A program made the position numbers and the translations under genes. A model generated the notes under the pieces. It was not told the origin of the DNA and ran no database searches. It saw nothing but the letters and a program-made list of their open reading frames with translations. 64,000 bases of DNA, taken from Acidobacteriota bacterium (GTDB lineage Bacteria > Acidobacteriota > UBA6911 > RPQK01 > JAJDTT01). Location: assembly GCA_965217775.1 (NCBI GenBank), contig CBDCJH010000002.1, positions 3,232,001-3,296,000 of the forward strand, in the 5' to 3' direction. Numbering within the stretch: position 1 is the first letter of the stretch; every line of letters begins with the position of its first letter. Shown here in pieces: positions 1 through 9,071 of the stretch.

Positions 1-248
1 GCGACCGGTCGTTCCTCCTTGAGAAACGTCAGAGAGGACTGCCCGTTCTCCGACCGCAGTTGAAGGTCGTAATTCCCTTTTTCGAGAACTGTCCCTTTCG
101 CTGTGTAGAGAACTCCGGGGAGGTGAAGCTGGGTGACGTAGAAAACCGCCTCCTGTCCGGGTAGGGTCGAGGTGAACAAGGACGCCAATAGGAGCAGTAC
201 CGGAATACTTGCCTGCATCGCGATGGCGCCGTTTCTCTCCTTCGTCAC
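1..248 (-). CDS. Partial (runs off window start) diverged paralog of the secreted hypothetical protein at 4031..4591
   Basis: 1..322 aligns without gaps to 4344..4665 (offset 4343). GTG start at 248 corresponds to 4591. Confidence 0.75.
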   Translation of the reverse strand, partial: MTKERNGAIAMQASIPVLLLLASLFTSTLPGQEAVFYVTQLHLPGVLYTAKGTVLEKGNYDLQLRSENGQSSLTFLKEERPV

Positions 249-263
249 GTCGGACCTTCGCCG

Positions 264-322
264 TCAGGCCCGGGTGAAGCGCTCGGACAGGTCGTTGTAT
301 CCGCCCACGTCCGTCAGCCGCA
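264..322 (-). pseudogene. Duplicated 3' fragment (about 19 codons) of the DUF1501 gene
   Basis: 257..322 matches 4600..4665 with one mismatch. Homology stops abruptly at 323. Confidence 0.75.
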
Positions 323-439
323 GGACCTTCACGCGACAGTTCGTTGTCGGGTAACACGCCAGAATCACATGGTCTTAATCGACCTTACATCGAACTGATG
401 CAGAGATTTCGTCGGCCACTATCCCAATATGTCCAATAT

Positions 440-2435
440 CCCAGATTATTCATGGGACATGTTGATAGGTGCTTCCAACCCGGCGTTTTCGTGCGGTCGG
501 AGCCCGGTTTCTCCTGAACCTCTGTCGATTCGACTGAATCGGCTCAAAAACAGGACGATTGAACCAGTCATAAACCGTTTTCCGGCTAGGGGGACCGTCA
601 TCCGCCGACAGGTTGACTTTCCGGTGAGAAATTCCCACCGTTTCGGTCCCTTCCACGGGCCCGATTCCTCCTCCGTCCGCTATCCCGGCGCCCAGGACAC
701 CCGCGCCAGTCTCTTCCACAACCGCTTCCAGTCCGTCGCCCCTTGACTGATGACGAAAACCAATCGCCTCCCCTGGCGTAGCGCCCGACTCGCCACTCGC
801 AACACCCGCTCGCGAAAACGACGCAGACTCCAGCCCCGACGCGTCGCCTGCTCCATCAGCACCCGACCCAGGTGCAGGATCTCGTACCCCAGCAGATTCA
901 GCAGGAACAAGACTTCGTTATGGGGGCGAACCCCGGCCTCGGTCCTCGCTTCCGGCTTGGCTCCCGGCTTCAGTGGTTTGCCCCGATAGTGCGTCTTGGG
1001 CCGGCTCGCGGAGGACAAGGCCGGATCGAGCACGTCCATCAACTCCCCCATGTGCCCTTCCGCCTTCCCCCGCTTTCGATACTGAGCCAGCAACTCCCGA
1101 GCCTCGTATCGTTTCCGACTCAGGCTCGTCAGCAACCAGAAATGATCCGGATACAACTCCCCCGGTCGCTCCCGCACCACCAGCACCACCCGGCGCGCCC
1201 GATCCCACGTCCCCGCCTGATAGGTCAGCTCATGGAACCAGAGCCTCGGTGGTGCTTTTGGGGATCGCCCCGCCGGCTGGGTCAAGTAGGGCTTCGCCAT
1301 CCGGTTCAGGACCTCATTCTTGCGGATTCGAGCGATATAGGGCACGCTTCTCGACTCCAGCCCCTTCAGCAGCCCCGGCTCCGGGAACCCCGCATCCATC
1401 CGCACGATCATCGAGCCGCACAGACGCCCCCGACAGCGGTCCACCACCCGCAGCGTCAACTTCAGCGCCTTTTTCCCCAGGTAGCTGGCTCCCGGAAAAA
1501 TCTCCCCGTCGATCAGGTCCCCCGTCTCGGCACAACTCGCCACCAACCCGTGGTACATCCGCTGGCGATAGTATCCGTTCCATTCGCTTCCCGGGGGATG
1601 CCCATGGACCTCCACCGGGAGACCGTCCACGTCCAGGACCATCGTCTTTTTCCGTCTCTTCTTCCGTGGGGTCTTTTTCCCCCGTTTTCGCCGCCGGCCT
1701 GCGATCATCTCGATCCGACGGCACGCCAGCTCCGTCACCGCCTGGTGCAGGACCGGAAGGTTCTCCTCCCGGCTGAGCGTGTCCAACAGTCGGGACAAGG
1801 TCGGCTGTGAGGCCAGCCCATGACCCTCCTCCAAGGCCGCCGTGCCCCGACGGGCCCGGCTCGCCACCCGCAAGCTCGGATCCTGACGCAGGCGGTCGGC
1901 GTCGGACTGGTCGCGCCAGCCCTGCCCCAACAGCAGGAGTCGAGTCCGCAGCAGATCCGACAGCGGATAGCGGATCGAACTCGGGTGTCGCGGATCGTGC
2001 AACCGCTCGGTCAACCAGTCGATGAGGCCGCTACGATCCATCATCTCCCGTTGCACCAGGGCGCCCGTGTCCGCACTCAGCAACTCGGGGCGGGTCTCGA
2101 GGCGGAGGGATCGGTTGAATGAGGGCCGGATCTGCGGTATCGTCTCAGGCATGGCGTGCTCCGTTTATTGTGGTTGTTTCTTAACACCATAATCATACCA
2201 CAAATGACGGGCATGCCACCTCTTTTTACCGCCCTTGGAGGGGACGAAAACCGTGGAAATACTTGGGTTTCGGACCCACTTGAATCCTGGGGTTAAACCG
2301 ACGTTGAAAACAAATATAGCGTTTCACCCAGGTTGGCTCCCAGCCGTTTTCTTCGGGTATCCGGTAACCCTCTGATTCGACTCGACCTGACGGGCACGCT
2401 TGCTCATTTTATGTTTGCGTGATGAATAATCTGGG
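440..2435 (-). mobile_element. IS1380-family insertion sequence, complete (1996 bp)
   Basis: Perfect 14-bp TIRs CCCAGATTATTCAT (440..453) and ATGAATAATCTGGG (2422..2435). 4-bp flanking duplication ATAT (436..439 and 2436..2439). Encloses the transposase gene. Confidence 0.92.
680..2152 (-). CDS. IS1380-family DDE transposase
   Basis: 490 aa with motifs LSADTG, LASQPTLSRL, VLDVDG, VRMDAGF, YRKRGKAEGHMGE typical of DDE_Tnp_1_4. Confidence 0.93.
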   Translation of the reverse strand: MPETIPQIRPSFNRSLRLETRPELLSADTGALVQREMMDRSGLIDWLTERLHDPRHPSSIRYPLSDLLRTRLLLLGQGWRDQSDADRLRQDPSLRVASRARRGTAALEEGHGLASQPTLSRLLDTLSREENLPVLHQAVTELACRRIEMIAGRRRKRGKKTPRKKRRKKTMVLDVDGLPVEVHGHPPGSEWNGYYRQRMYHGLVASCAETGDLIDGEIFPGASYLGKKALKLTLRVVDRCRGRLCGSMIVRMDAGFPEPGLLKGLESRSVPYIARIRKNEVLNRMAKPYLTQPAGRSPKAPPRLWFHELTYQAGTWDRARRVVLVVRERPGELYPDHFWLLTSLSRKRYEARELLAQYRKRGKAEGHMGELMDVLDPALSSASRPKTHYRGKPLKPGAKPEARTEAGVRPHNEVLFLLNLLGYEILHLGRVLMEQATRRGWSLRRFRERVLRVASRALRQGRRLVFVISQGATDWKRLWKRLARVSWAPG

Positions 2436-2555
2436 ATATGGCATTACCTAGATAGTTTCCATCGTGGAATGACCTCTGTGGAACTGCGCCTCAGTGTCAG
2501 AACACTAATCTTGGAGCCTGTACGCTATAACTGCTTTCCAGTGTGTCACCCAAAT

Positions 2556-2573
2556 GAACTATAATAATAGTTC
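2556..2573. promoter_or_regulatory. Palindromic operator candidate overlapping a TATAAT -10 box upstream of the wHTH/HEPN cassette
   Basis: GAACTAT-AATA-ATAGTTC, with TATAAT at 2560..2565. Confidence 0.4.
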
Positions 2574-2745
2574 GTAATTGCAACTAGCTGAAGACGGTGA
2601 TCGGAACCCGCGAACGGAAGAATCCTTGTCCTATTTCCTGAACCGGACTCGTGGATGTCTTTTGGTTAAAATGCACGAGAAATGTTACGATCTGAGAATC
2701 AAGAAATTCACTGCATAGGATTACCTTATTACTGGAGGAACTCAC

Positions 2746-3252
2746 ATGGATGACACTAGTATCAAAATCAGATTAAAGATCGGAGAGGTCGAGATCGAGT
2801 ATGAGGGGAATAAAACCTATTTGGAACAAGAATTAGTTCAATTAATGGAGAAGGTCGCTAGTTGTTCCAATAAGTTAGTTAATGGAATTCTTGCTGATCA
2901 GCCAAAATTTGCCACGAAAGGCGACGATACACCGTCGGGGAAACCTGTCGTCCAAATGACGGTTGATACAATAGCAGCGCGTCTGGACGCAAAAACGGCC
3001 GCTGACGTGACAATGGCGGCCATCGCGTATTTAGCCCTTGTTGAGGGGAGAGCACAATTTTCGCGATCAGAACTGCTCAGCTGCATGAAGACGGCTAAGA
3101 ATTATTACAAGTTATCCATGTCCAAAAACCTTTCTGGCACTATTTCACGCCTTCTAAAAGCTAAGCGTATAAATGAAATTACCAATGGGAGCTATGCACT
3201 GCCCGCCGCAGAAAAGAAGGTTCTGGAGAAAAAGCTTGCTAACAATATCTGA
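2746..3252 (+). CDS. Hypothetical protein: short N-terminal beta-hairpin/helix domain plus C-terminal winged-helix-like domain
   Basis: 168-aa ORF with RBS GGAGG. N-terminus IRLKIGEVEIEYEG. C-terminal helix-helix-helix-wing pattern (NLSGTISRLLKAKRINEITNGSYAL). Lower GC than flanks. Confidence 0.8.
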   Translation: MDDTSIKIRLKIGEVEIEYEGNKTYLEQELVQLMEKVASCSNKLVNGILADQPKFATKGDDTPSGKPVVQMTVDTIAARLDAKTAADVTMAAIAYLALVEGRAQFSRSELLSCMKTAKNYYKLSMSKNLSGTISRLLKAKRINEITNGSYALPAAEKKVLEKKLANNI

Positions 3253-3961
3253 TTTGAAGACATGGATTCATCGTGATTTTTCGCGATTAGACAAACTACT
3301 CCTTATTCTTGCATCCATGGATCGTCCGTGCCAAGTAAGAGAGTTAAAACGTCGTGCCCAGGAGGCTGGATTCTCAATTCCGAGTAAATGGAACCTGTCC
3401 TCCTCTTTAGGCCGGAGCGGAGGATTGGCCATCAGAACCACGTCGGGATGGGAGTTAACAACTTCCGGTGCCGAGCATCTGAGACAGCTTAGCATAACCA
3501 AGTTGAGGCCATCGATAATGCAGGTCGCTCATGATCTTCGGGCAGGACTTTCGACGATAAAGGACGATAATACATATTCCTTTGTAGAAGAGGCGATCAA
3601 ATGCTACGAGGCTGAACTATATCGGTCGGCAATCGTCATGTCATGGATCGGCGCCGTTTCCGTGCTATACAGCTATATTCATGCAAATTACCTAAAGGAG
3701 TTTAACCAAACAGCCAGGCAGTTTAATGCTCGGTGGAAACATGCACAATCGAAGGATGATCTTAGTAGGATGAGAGAGTCAGAATTCCTCGACCGTATTG
3801 CCAGTATTTCCGTCATTGGCAAGGATGTGAAGCGAGAGCTACAGAATTGTCTAGCTCGCCGTAACAGTTGCGGTCATCCCAACTCGTTACAGATCGGTGC
3901 CAACACTGTCGCGCACCATGTCGAGGTCCTACTTCTAAATGTGTTTAATCGGTTCCAATAG
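3236..3961 (+). CDS. wHTH + HEPN-like domain protein (predicted RNase)
   Basis: Likely TTG start at 3236 (GGAG upstream, overlaps the previous gene). EEAIKCY..YRSAIVMSW helix and an RxxxxH motif (RNSCGH) near the C-terminus. Confidence 0.75.
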   Translation: MLTISDLKTWIHRDFSRLDKLLLILASMDRPCQVRELKRRAQEAGFSIPSKWNLSSSLGRSGGLAIRTTSGWELTTSGAEHLRQLSITKLRPSIMQVAHDLRAGLSTIKDDNTYSFVEEAIKCYEAELYRSAIVMSWIGAVSVLYSYIHANYLKEFNQTARQFNARWKHAQSKDDLSRMRESEFLDRIASISVIGKDVKRELQNCLARRNSCGHPNSLQIGANTVAHHVEVLLLNVFNRFQ

Positions 3962-4030
3962 TACAATTCTTTTGTCCGAGCCACGTTGTTTACCATTCTC
4001 GGCCCGACCCAGCACTTACAATAGGAACTG

Positions 4031-4591
4031 CTAGAACAGTCGCTTGCTGCCTCCTTTGTTTAGAAAAAGGACGAACATCTTGCGGGTCTGCACGGCGCAG
4101 TCTCCATTCTCCTGGAACACGAACCGAACCTCTCTCTCACCCGGACGAACCGACCTATATGCCCTCAACGTGGCCTTCCAATTGCGCTTCTCGTACTCGT
4201 ACTGGGCCTGACCCGTCTCGCTGTAGTGGCGTTCTTCATCGGTCCCGATGGGATCTGCCCTAGAGCGTAGAAAAAGGGTTCCTAGCACCGGGACAACCCA
4301 GTTCTCGGTGGTCTGCTCGTCGCAGGGACGCCCGGCGACGACGGCAACCGGTCGTTCCTCCTTGAGAAACGCCAGCGAGGACTGCCCGTTCTCCAACCGC
4401 AGTTGCAGGTCGTAATTCCCTTTTTCGAGCACTGCCCCTTTCGCAGTGTAGAGTTTTCTGGGGAGGTGAAGCCGGGTGACGTAGGAGGCCGCCTCTTGGC
4501 CGGGTAGGATCGAGGTGAGCAGGGACGCCAACAGAAGCAGTACCGGAATCCTTGCCCGCATCACGAGGGTGCTGTTTCTTCCCTTCGGCAC
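4031..4591 (-). CDS. Secreted hypothetical protein
   Basis: 186-aa ORF with a hydrophobic signal-like N-terminus, directly downstream of the DUF1501 gene. Paralog at 1..248. Confidence 0.75.
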   Translation of the reverse strand: MPKGRNSTLVMRARIPVLLLLASLLTSILPGQEAASYVTRLHLPRKLYTAKGAVLEKGNYDLQLRLENGQSSLAFLKEERPVAVVAGRPCDEQTTENWVVPVLGTLFLRSRADPIGTDEERHYSETGQAQYEYEKRNWKATLRAYRSVRPGEREVRFVFQENGDCAVQTRKMFVLFLNKGGSKRLF

Positions 4592-4606
4592 GTCGACCTT
4601 TCGCCG

Positions 4607-6064
4607 TCAGGCCCGGGTGAGGCGCTCGGACAGGTCGTTGTATCCGCCCACGTCCGTCAGCCGCATGTCCCGGCCCTGGGTGAGATAGGTCAGCTTCGTA
4701 TGGTCGAGTCCCAGCAACGACAGCATGGTGGCGTGCAGATCGTGCACGTGGACCCGGTCCTCGATGGCCCGGCAGCCAAGTTCGTCGGTGGCTCCGATGA
4801 CCTTTCCGCCCCGGATGCCGCCTCCCGCCATCCAACAACTGAAGCCGTGGGGATTGTGGTCCCGGCCGCCGTCGCCCTGGACCACCGCAGTCCGCCCGAA
4901 CTCTCCGATCCAGACGACAAGGGTGCTCTCCAGCAACCCCCGCAGCTTGAGGTCCGTCAAGAGTCCCGCGATCGGCTTGTCGATGGCGCCGGCGTTGTCG
5001 ACGTGGTTCCGGTCGCACTGGGCGTGCCCGTCCCAGTTCCCCTTGTAGAGCTGGACGAATCGAACGCCGCGTTCCACCATGCGCCTCGCCAGTAGACAGA
5101 CCCGGCCGAACTTGGCGGTCCGTTCCTCGTCCAGGCCGTACATTCTCCGGATCGATCCGGGCTCACCGGCCAGGTCGGTCAATTCCGGCGCCGCCGCCTG
5201 CATGCGGAAGGCCAGTTCGTAGTTTGCGATGCGGGCAGCCAGACGGCTGTCGTCCCGCCGCGTTTCGAAATGCCGGCGGTTCCACGACTCGAGCTGTTCC
5301 AACATTCGGGATTGGGCTCCATGACTGATGGCCGGGGGCGGATCGAGATTCTCGAACGCGGTCCCCTGGTGGCGGGCTCGGGTGGCCTGGTACACGGCGG
5401 GCAGGAACCCCGAGCCGTGCAGGGACTCGTCGCTTGCGGTCACGTTCCCCTCGGACATGGCGATGAAGCCGGGGAAATTCTCACTCTCGCTTCCCAGTCC
5501 GTAGACCACCCAGGATCCGAGTGTCGGATGACCCAGGCGCACCGAACCGCTGAAGAGCAGATTGATGGCGGGCCCGTGAATGAGGGAATCGTGATAGCAG
5601 GAGCGGATGACCGCCAGGTCATCGGCGCATCCGCCCAGGTTCTGGAAAAGATCCGAGATCTCGATGCCCGACTGCCCGTATCTCGTGAACTTTCGGGGAG
5701 AGGCCATCAACTTCGCTTCATGGGCCTTGACGAACTGTAGACTCAAGTCCTCGGGCCGGAAGCTGGGCGGCAGGAGCTGCCCGTCGAGGCGGGCCAGTGC
5801 CGGCTTGGGATCGAACGTGTCGATATGGGAGGGGCCTCCCTTCATAAACATGAAGATGACGTTTCTGGCCTTGCCCGGGAAGTGGGGTGTTCCGGGTGCG
5901 AGCGGGTTGGGGATGCTTGTCCCCTTCCGGGCAGCAGCAAATGCGGCTTCCTCCTCGTGGAGGCACCCCAGGGCCACGGCTCCAAAGCCAAAACCGGATC
6001 GGGCCAGGAATTCCCGCCGGGAATAGACCTGTTCGTTCAAGTTACAGGATTGGAAATCCATCAT
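4607..6064 (-). CDS. DUF1501 family protein (Tat-exported, alkaline-phosphatase/sulfatase-like)
   Basis: SRREFL Tat motif, GGPSHIDTFDPKP, ARRMVERGVRFVQL, GEFGRT, GRDH. Confidence 0.92.
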   Translation of the reverse strand: MMDFQSCNLNEQVYSRREFLARSGFGFGAVALGCLHEEEAAFAAARKGTSIPNPLAPGTPHFPGKARNVIFMFMKGGPSHIDTFDPKPALARLDGQLLPPSFRPEDLSLQFVKAHEAKLMASPRKFTRYGQSGIEISDLFQNLGGCADDLAVIRSCYHDSLIHGPAINLLFSGSVRLGHPTLGSWVVYGLGSESENFPGFIAMSEGNVTASDESLHGSGFLPAVYQATRARHQGTAFENLDPPPAISHGAQSRMLEQLESWNRRHFETRRDDSRLAARIANYELAFRMQAAAPELTDLAGEPGSIRRMYGLDEERTAKFGRVCLLARRMVERGVRFVQLYKGNWDGHAQCDRNHVDNAGAIDKPIAGLLTDLKLRGLLESTLVVWIGEFGRTAVVQGDGGRDHNPHGFSCWMAGGGIRGGKVIGATDELGCRAIEDRVHVHDLHATMLSLLGLDHTKLTYLTQGRDMRLTDVGGYNDLSERLTRA

Positions 6065-6132
6065 GAACCATGACCCTTTCCACGACGCCTCTCCGAAGAA
6101 ACTTTAATAAAATAAGGATACGTCATTATTAC

Positions 6133-6177
6133 ATTGATATATTGTTATGAGTGCATCTTCATAATAAGTATATCAAT
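6133..6177. other. AT-rich imperfect hairpin between the PSD1 and DUF1501 genes
   Basis: Arms ATTGATATATTGTTATGA and TCATAATAAGTATATCAAT. Confidence 0.5.
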
Positions 6178-6190
6178 ATGTGGCGTCCTG

Positions 6191-8911
6191 CTAGTCAATA
6201 TATACGAACTCGTTCAAATTGAATATGGTCAGACACAGTTGCGTCAATGCCGCGGCCCGGGCCCGGCCGATCGACGAGAGCCGGGCCGGAATCTCCGTTT
6301 CCTCCGTTGCCGCGGCCCCCTCCCGGGACAGAGAATCCAGCAGGCCCAGGGCTTCACGCTTTTCCTCCGGCGAGGGGGGACGGCTCAATGTGATCCGCCA
6401 AGCGTTCTCCACCCAGGCGGACGGATCGTCTCCGTGGCCGGTCACCAGACGGTCGGCCAGTTTTCGGGCCTGCTGCAGGCCGACCCTGTGGTTGAGAAAC
6501 CAGAGGGCCTGGGGCGCCACCGTGGTCACTTGGCGGCGGGGACAGCTCAGGGAGGAGTCGGGCCGGTCGAAGGTGCGGAACATGGGAAAGGTGAAGCTTC
6601 TCCGGGACAGGATGTAGATCCCCCGGCGCGTGTGCTCGGCCGGATCGGCCGAAACCGGCCAGAGGAAAGGGGCCGGCAACACGTCCAGCTCCTCGTCGGT
6701 CAAGGGGGGCACCGCGGGGCGCCCGCCCATTTTCAGGTTCAGCGTTCCCGCCACCGAGTGCAGGGTGTCCCACATGACCTCCGCCTCCAGGCGGCGCCGG
6801 TTCATGCGCCAGAGATTGCGGTTGTCCGGGTCGAGTTCGCTGTTTCGCGGGTTGGAATAGCGGCTGGCCATCCGGTAGGTGCTGGAGGACATGATCAACC
6901 GGTGCATCGACTTGATGTCCCAGCCCCGAGCCACGAACTCGAGGGCCAGCCAATCGAGTAGTTCCGGATGAGTGGGAGGCTCTCCCTGGGCGCCGTAGTC
7001 GTTGGAGGTGCGGACGATTCCCTGCCCGAAGTGCCATTGCCAGAGCCGGTTGACCATCACTCGTGCCGTGAGGGGATGATCGGGACGGCTCAGCCAGAGG
7101 GCCAGTTGCCTGCGCGTCCGCGGAATCGGGCTCTCGGAGGATGCCGGCTCCCAACTGTCCCATTCCCCAAGGTAGTCGAATACGGCGGGGACTCCGGGAG
7201 TCACCCGCTCCAGTCGGCGGCCCAGCTCCCCTCGGTCCAAGACGTGGACTTCGGGGATCAACTCGACCTCCCGGTGACCGAGTACGGAAGCCTTGGGCAC
7301 GTCGTAGAGACCGTCGAATTTCACCAGGTGCGAAGCGTCCGCTTCGGGCAGGAGCACGACCAGCTTTCCCATTTCCTCCAGGAGCCGCTTCTTCTCCTCC
7401 TTCTCTTCGGGAGTCATCCGATCTTCCCAATCCTTGTTCAGGGCTCTCAGCGCCTCGATCAAGGGTGCGGCGAGCTCCGCCTGCTGAGGAGTCTTCTTCT
7501 CGTCCGGAAGCTCATGGGCCGACACCACTTCGGGTGGGAACTCGGATTTGACGGCCGCAATCATCCGCTTCTTGGTGCCGTCCAAGTACAGCTTGTAGGC
7601 CCTTCTGGCTTCGTCCACGGCGATCATCCGGGAATAAGTCTCATTCCGGTGGAACCTGGACATCCGGGTCACGACCGGGACCTCCATGGCATCGCTGGCG
7701 GCAAAGACCGCCTGCAGGCGGAAGTAGTCCCGCTGCGAGACGGGATCGAACTTGTGGTCGTGGCAGCGGGCGCAGGCCAAGGTCAGCCCCATGAAGACGG
7801 CGCCCGTGGTGTCGACCCAGTCGGTCATCCTCTCGTAGGCCAGCTTGGGTGCGTCGAGCAGGGATTCGACGATCTCAGGGCCGAAGGTGTAGAGGCCGGT
7901 GCCGATCCGGGCCTCCAAGTGCTCCAGCTTCTCCGGGGAGATGCCGTAGTAGTTGTCGTGGAGTTCCAGATCGTCGGGCCAGAGCTCGTCCCCGGCGATC
8001 TGCTCTTGCAGGAACCGGTCGTAGGGCTTGTTCTCGTTCAGGGACTTGATGACGTAGTCGCGATAACGCCAGGAGTTGGGGAAATACTCGTCGGTCTCGT
8101 AGCCGCCGCTGTCAGCGTAGCGCACCAGGTCCAGCCAGTGTCTGGCCCAGCGCTCTCCGTAACGGGGCGAGGCCAGCAGGTCGCGGATGAGTTTGTCGTA
8201 GACGTTGGGGGAGGCGTCCTGCAGAAAGCGGTCCACTTGCCCGGGAGTGGGCGGCAGACCGGTCAGGTCGAAAGCGGCTCTGCGGATCAGGGTCCGCTTG
8301 TCCGCCTCCGGAGCCGGTTCCAACCCCTGACTTTCCAATTCAGCCAGGATGAAGGCGTCGATAGGATTTCTCACCCGACCCTGGTTGCTGACCGTGGGGA
8401 CGGGGGTTCGCCGGGGTCTTCGGAGCGACCACCAAGCCGGTTCGGCAGAACCGCCAGCGGCGGCCGTCGAGTCCCAGGGAGCGCCTCCGTCGATCCAGTC
8501 TCGCAAGGCGTCCAGGTCCTGGGAGGGAAGCGGCGGTTTCCCCGGGGGCATTTTCAGTTCCCCCCCATGAGAGGCCGCCAGGAAGAGGAGGCTCTCTTCC
8601 GCCTTACCGGGGACCAGAGCGGGACCCTTACCGCCGCCCTCCAGCATCGTCTCTCGATGCCGCAGGTCCAAGCCGGACATCCGCTGCTCCCCGTGGCAGG
8701 AAACACAGTTGCGCTGCAGGATTCTCTTGGCCGTTTCCTGGAGTTCAGAGGCCGACTGCGCCAAGGCCGCGGACAATGCCAGGAATAGAATGGGTATCGA
8801 TGCCAATGGTCTGGTCAACACTGCCGAACGCGTAATTGTATCCCGATCCAAAGAATAAATCGGGTTGCCTGCATTTGAATCCGGTGTTGCCGAAAAGGGG
8901 GCCAAGTACAT
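6191..8911 (-). CDS. Planctomycete cytochrome c / DUF1549 / DUF1553 (PSD1) domain protein
   Basis: CVSCH and CARCHDHKFDP heme-type motifs, YGERWARHWLDLVRYAD, ARVMVNRLWQWHFG, PTHPELLDWLA. True start may be about 90 nt downstream. Confidence 0.92.
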   Translation of the reverse strand: MYLAPFSATPDSNAGNPIYSLDRDTITRSAVLTRPLASIPILFLALSAALAQSASELQETAKRILQRNCVSCHGEQRMSGLDLRHRETMLEGGGKGPALVPGKAEESLLFLAASHGGELKMPPGKPPLPSQDLDALRDWIDGGAPWDSTAAAGGSAEPAWWSLRRPRRTPVPTVSNQGRVRNPIDAFILAELESQGLEPAPEADKRTLIRRAAFDLTGLPPTPGQVDRFLQDASPNVYDKLIRDLLASPRYGERWARHWLDLVRYADSGGYETDEYFPNSWRYRDYVIKSLNENKPYDRFLQEQIAGDELWPDDLELHDNYYGISPEKLEHLEARIGTGLYTFGPEIVESLLDAPKLAYERMTDWVDTTGAVFMGLTLACARCHDHKFDPVSQRDYFRLQAVFAASDAMEVPVVTRMSRFHRNETYSRMIAVDEARRAYKLYLDGTKKRMIAAVKSEFPPEVVSAHELPDEKKTPQQAELAAPLIEALRALNKDWEDRMTPEEKEEKKRLLEEMGKLVVLLPEADASHLVKFDGLYDVPKASVLGHREVELIPEVHVLDRGELGRRLERVTPGVPAVFDYLGEWDSWEPASSESPIPRTRRQLALWLSRPDHPLTARVMVNRLWQWHFGQGIVRTSNDYGAQGEPPTHPELLDWLALEFVARGWDIKSMHRLIMSSSTYRMASRYSNPRNSELDPDNRNLWRMNRRRLEAEVMWDTLHSVAGTLNLKMGGRPAVPPLTDEELDVLPAPFLWPVSADPAEHTRRGIYILSRRSFTFPMFRTFDRPDSSLSCPRRQVTTVAPQALWFLNHRVGLQQARKLADRLVTGHGDDPSAWVENAWRITLSRPPSPEEKREALGLLDSLSREGAAATEETEIPARLSSIGRARAAALTQLCLTIFNLNEFVYID

Positions 8912-8963
8912 TACGGGAACGACCTAAGAGGGCATTGTAGCGGCAGGGTTGATCATGTCGAGG

Positions 8964-9071
8964 TCACCCGTCCCTCAACTGGACCCAGACGATTCCGCCG
9001 ATGTGCTCAAAGGGCCGGTCATGGTCTCGCATCAACTGAGAATTGGCGCTGGAATCCAGAAGAACTCTCAT
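8964..9071 (-). pseudogene. VapC/PIN toxin remnant with large internal deletion
   Basis: ATG overlaps the antitoxin stop. MRVLLDSSANSQLMR (PIN N-terminus) is joined out of frame to FEHIGGIVWVQLRDG* (PIN C-terminus). Confidence 0.65.

Noticed and set aside
432-439. Longer (18-bp) TIR for the IS1380 element
   Set aside because: The extra ATAT is self-complementary and better explained as the 4-bp target duplication.
2556-2573. LexA (GAAC-N4-GTTC) box
   Set aside because: Spacing is N10, not N4. Kept only as a generic operator candidate.
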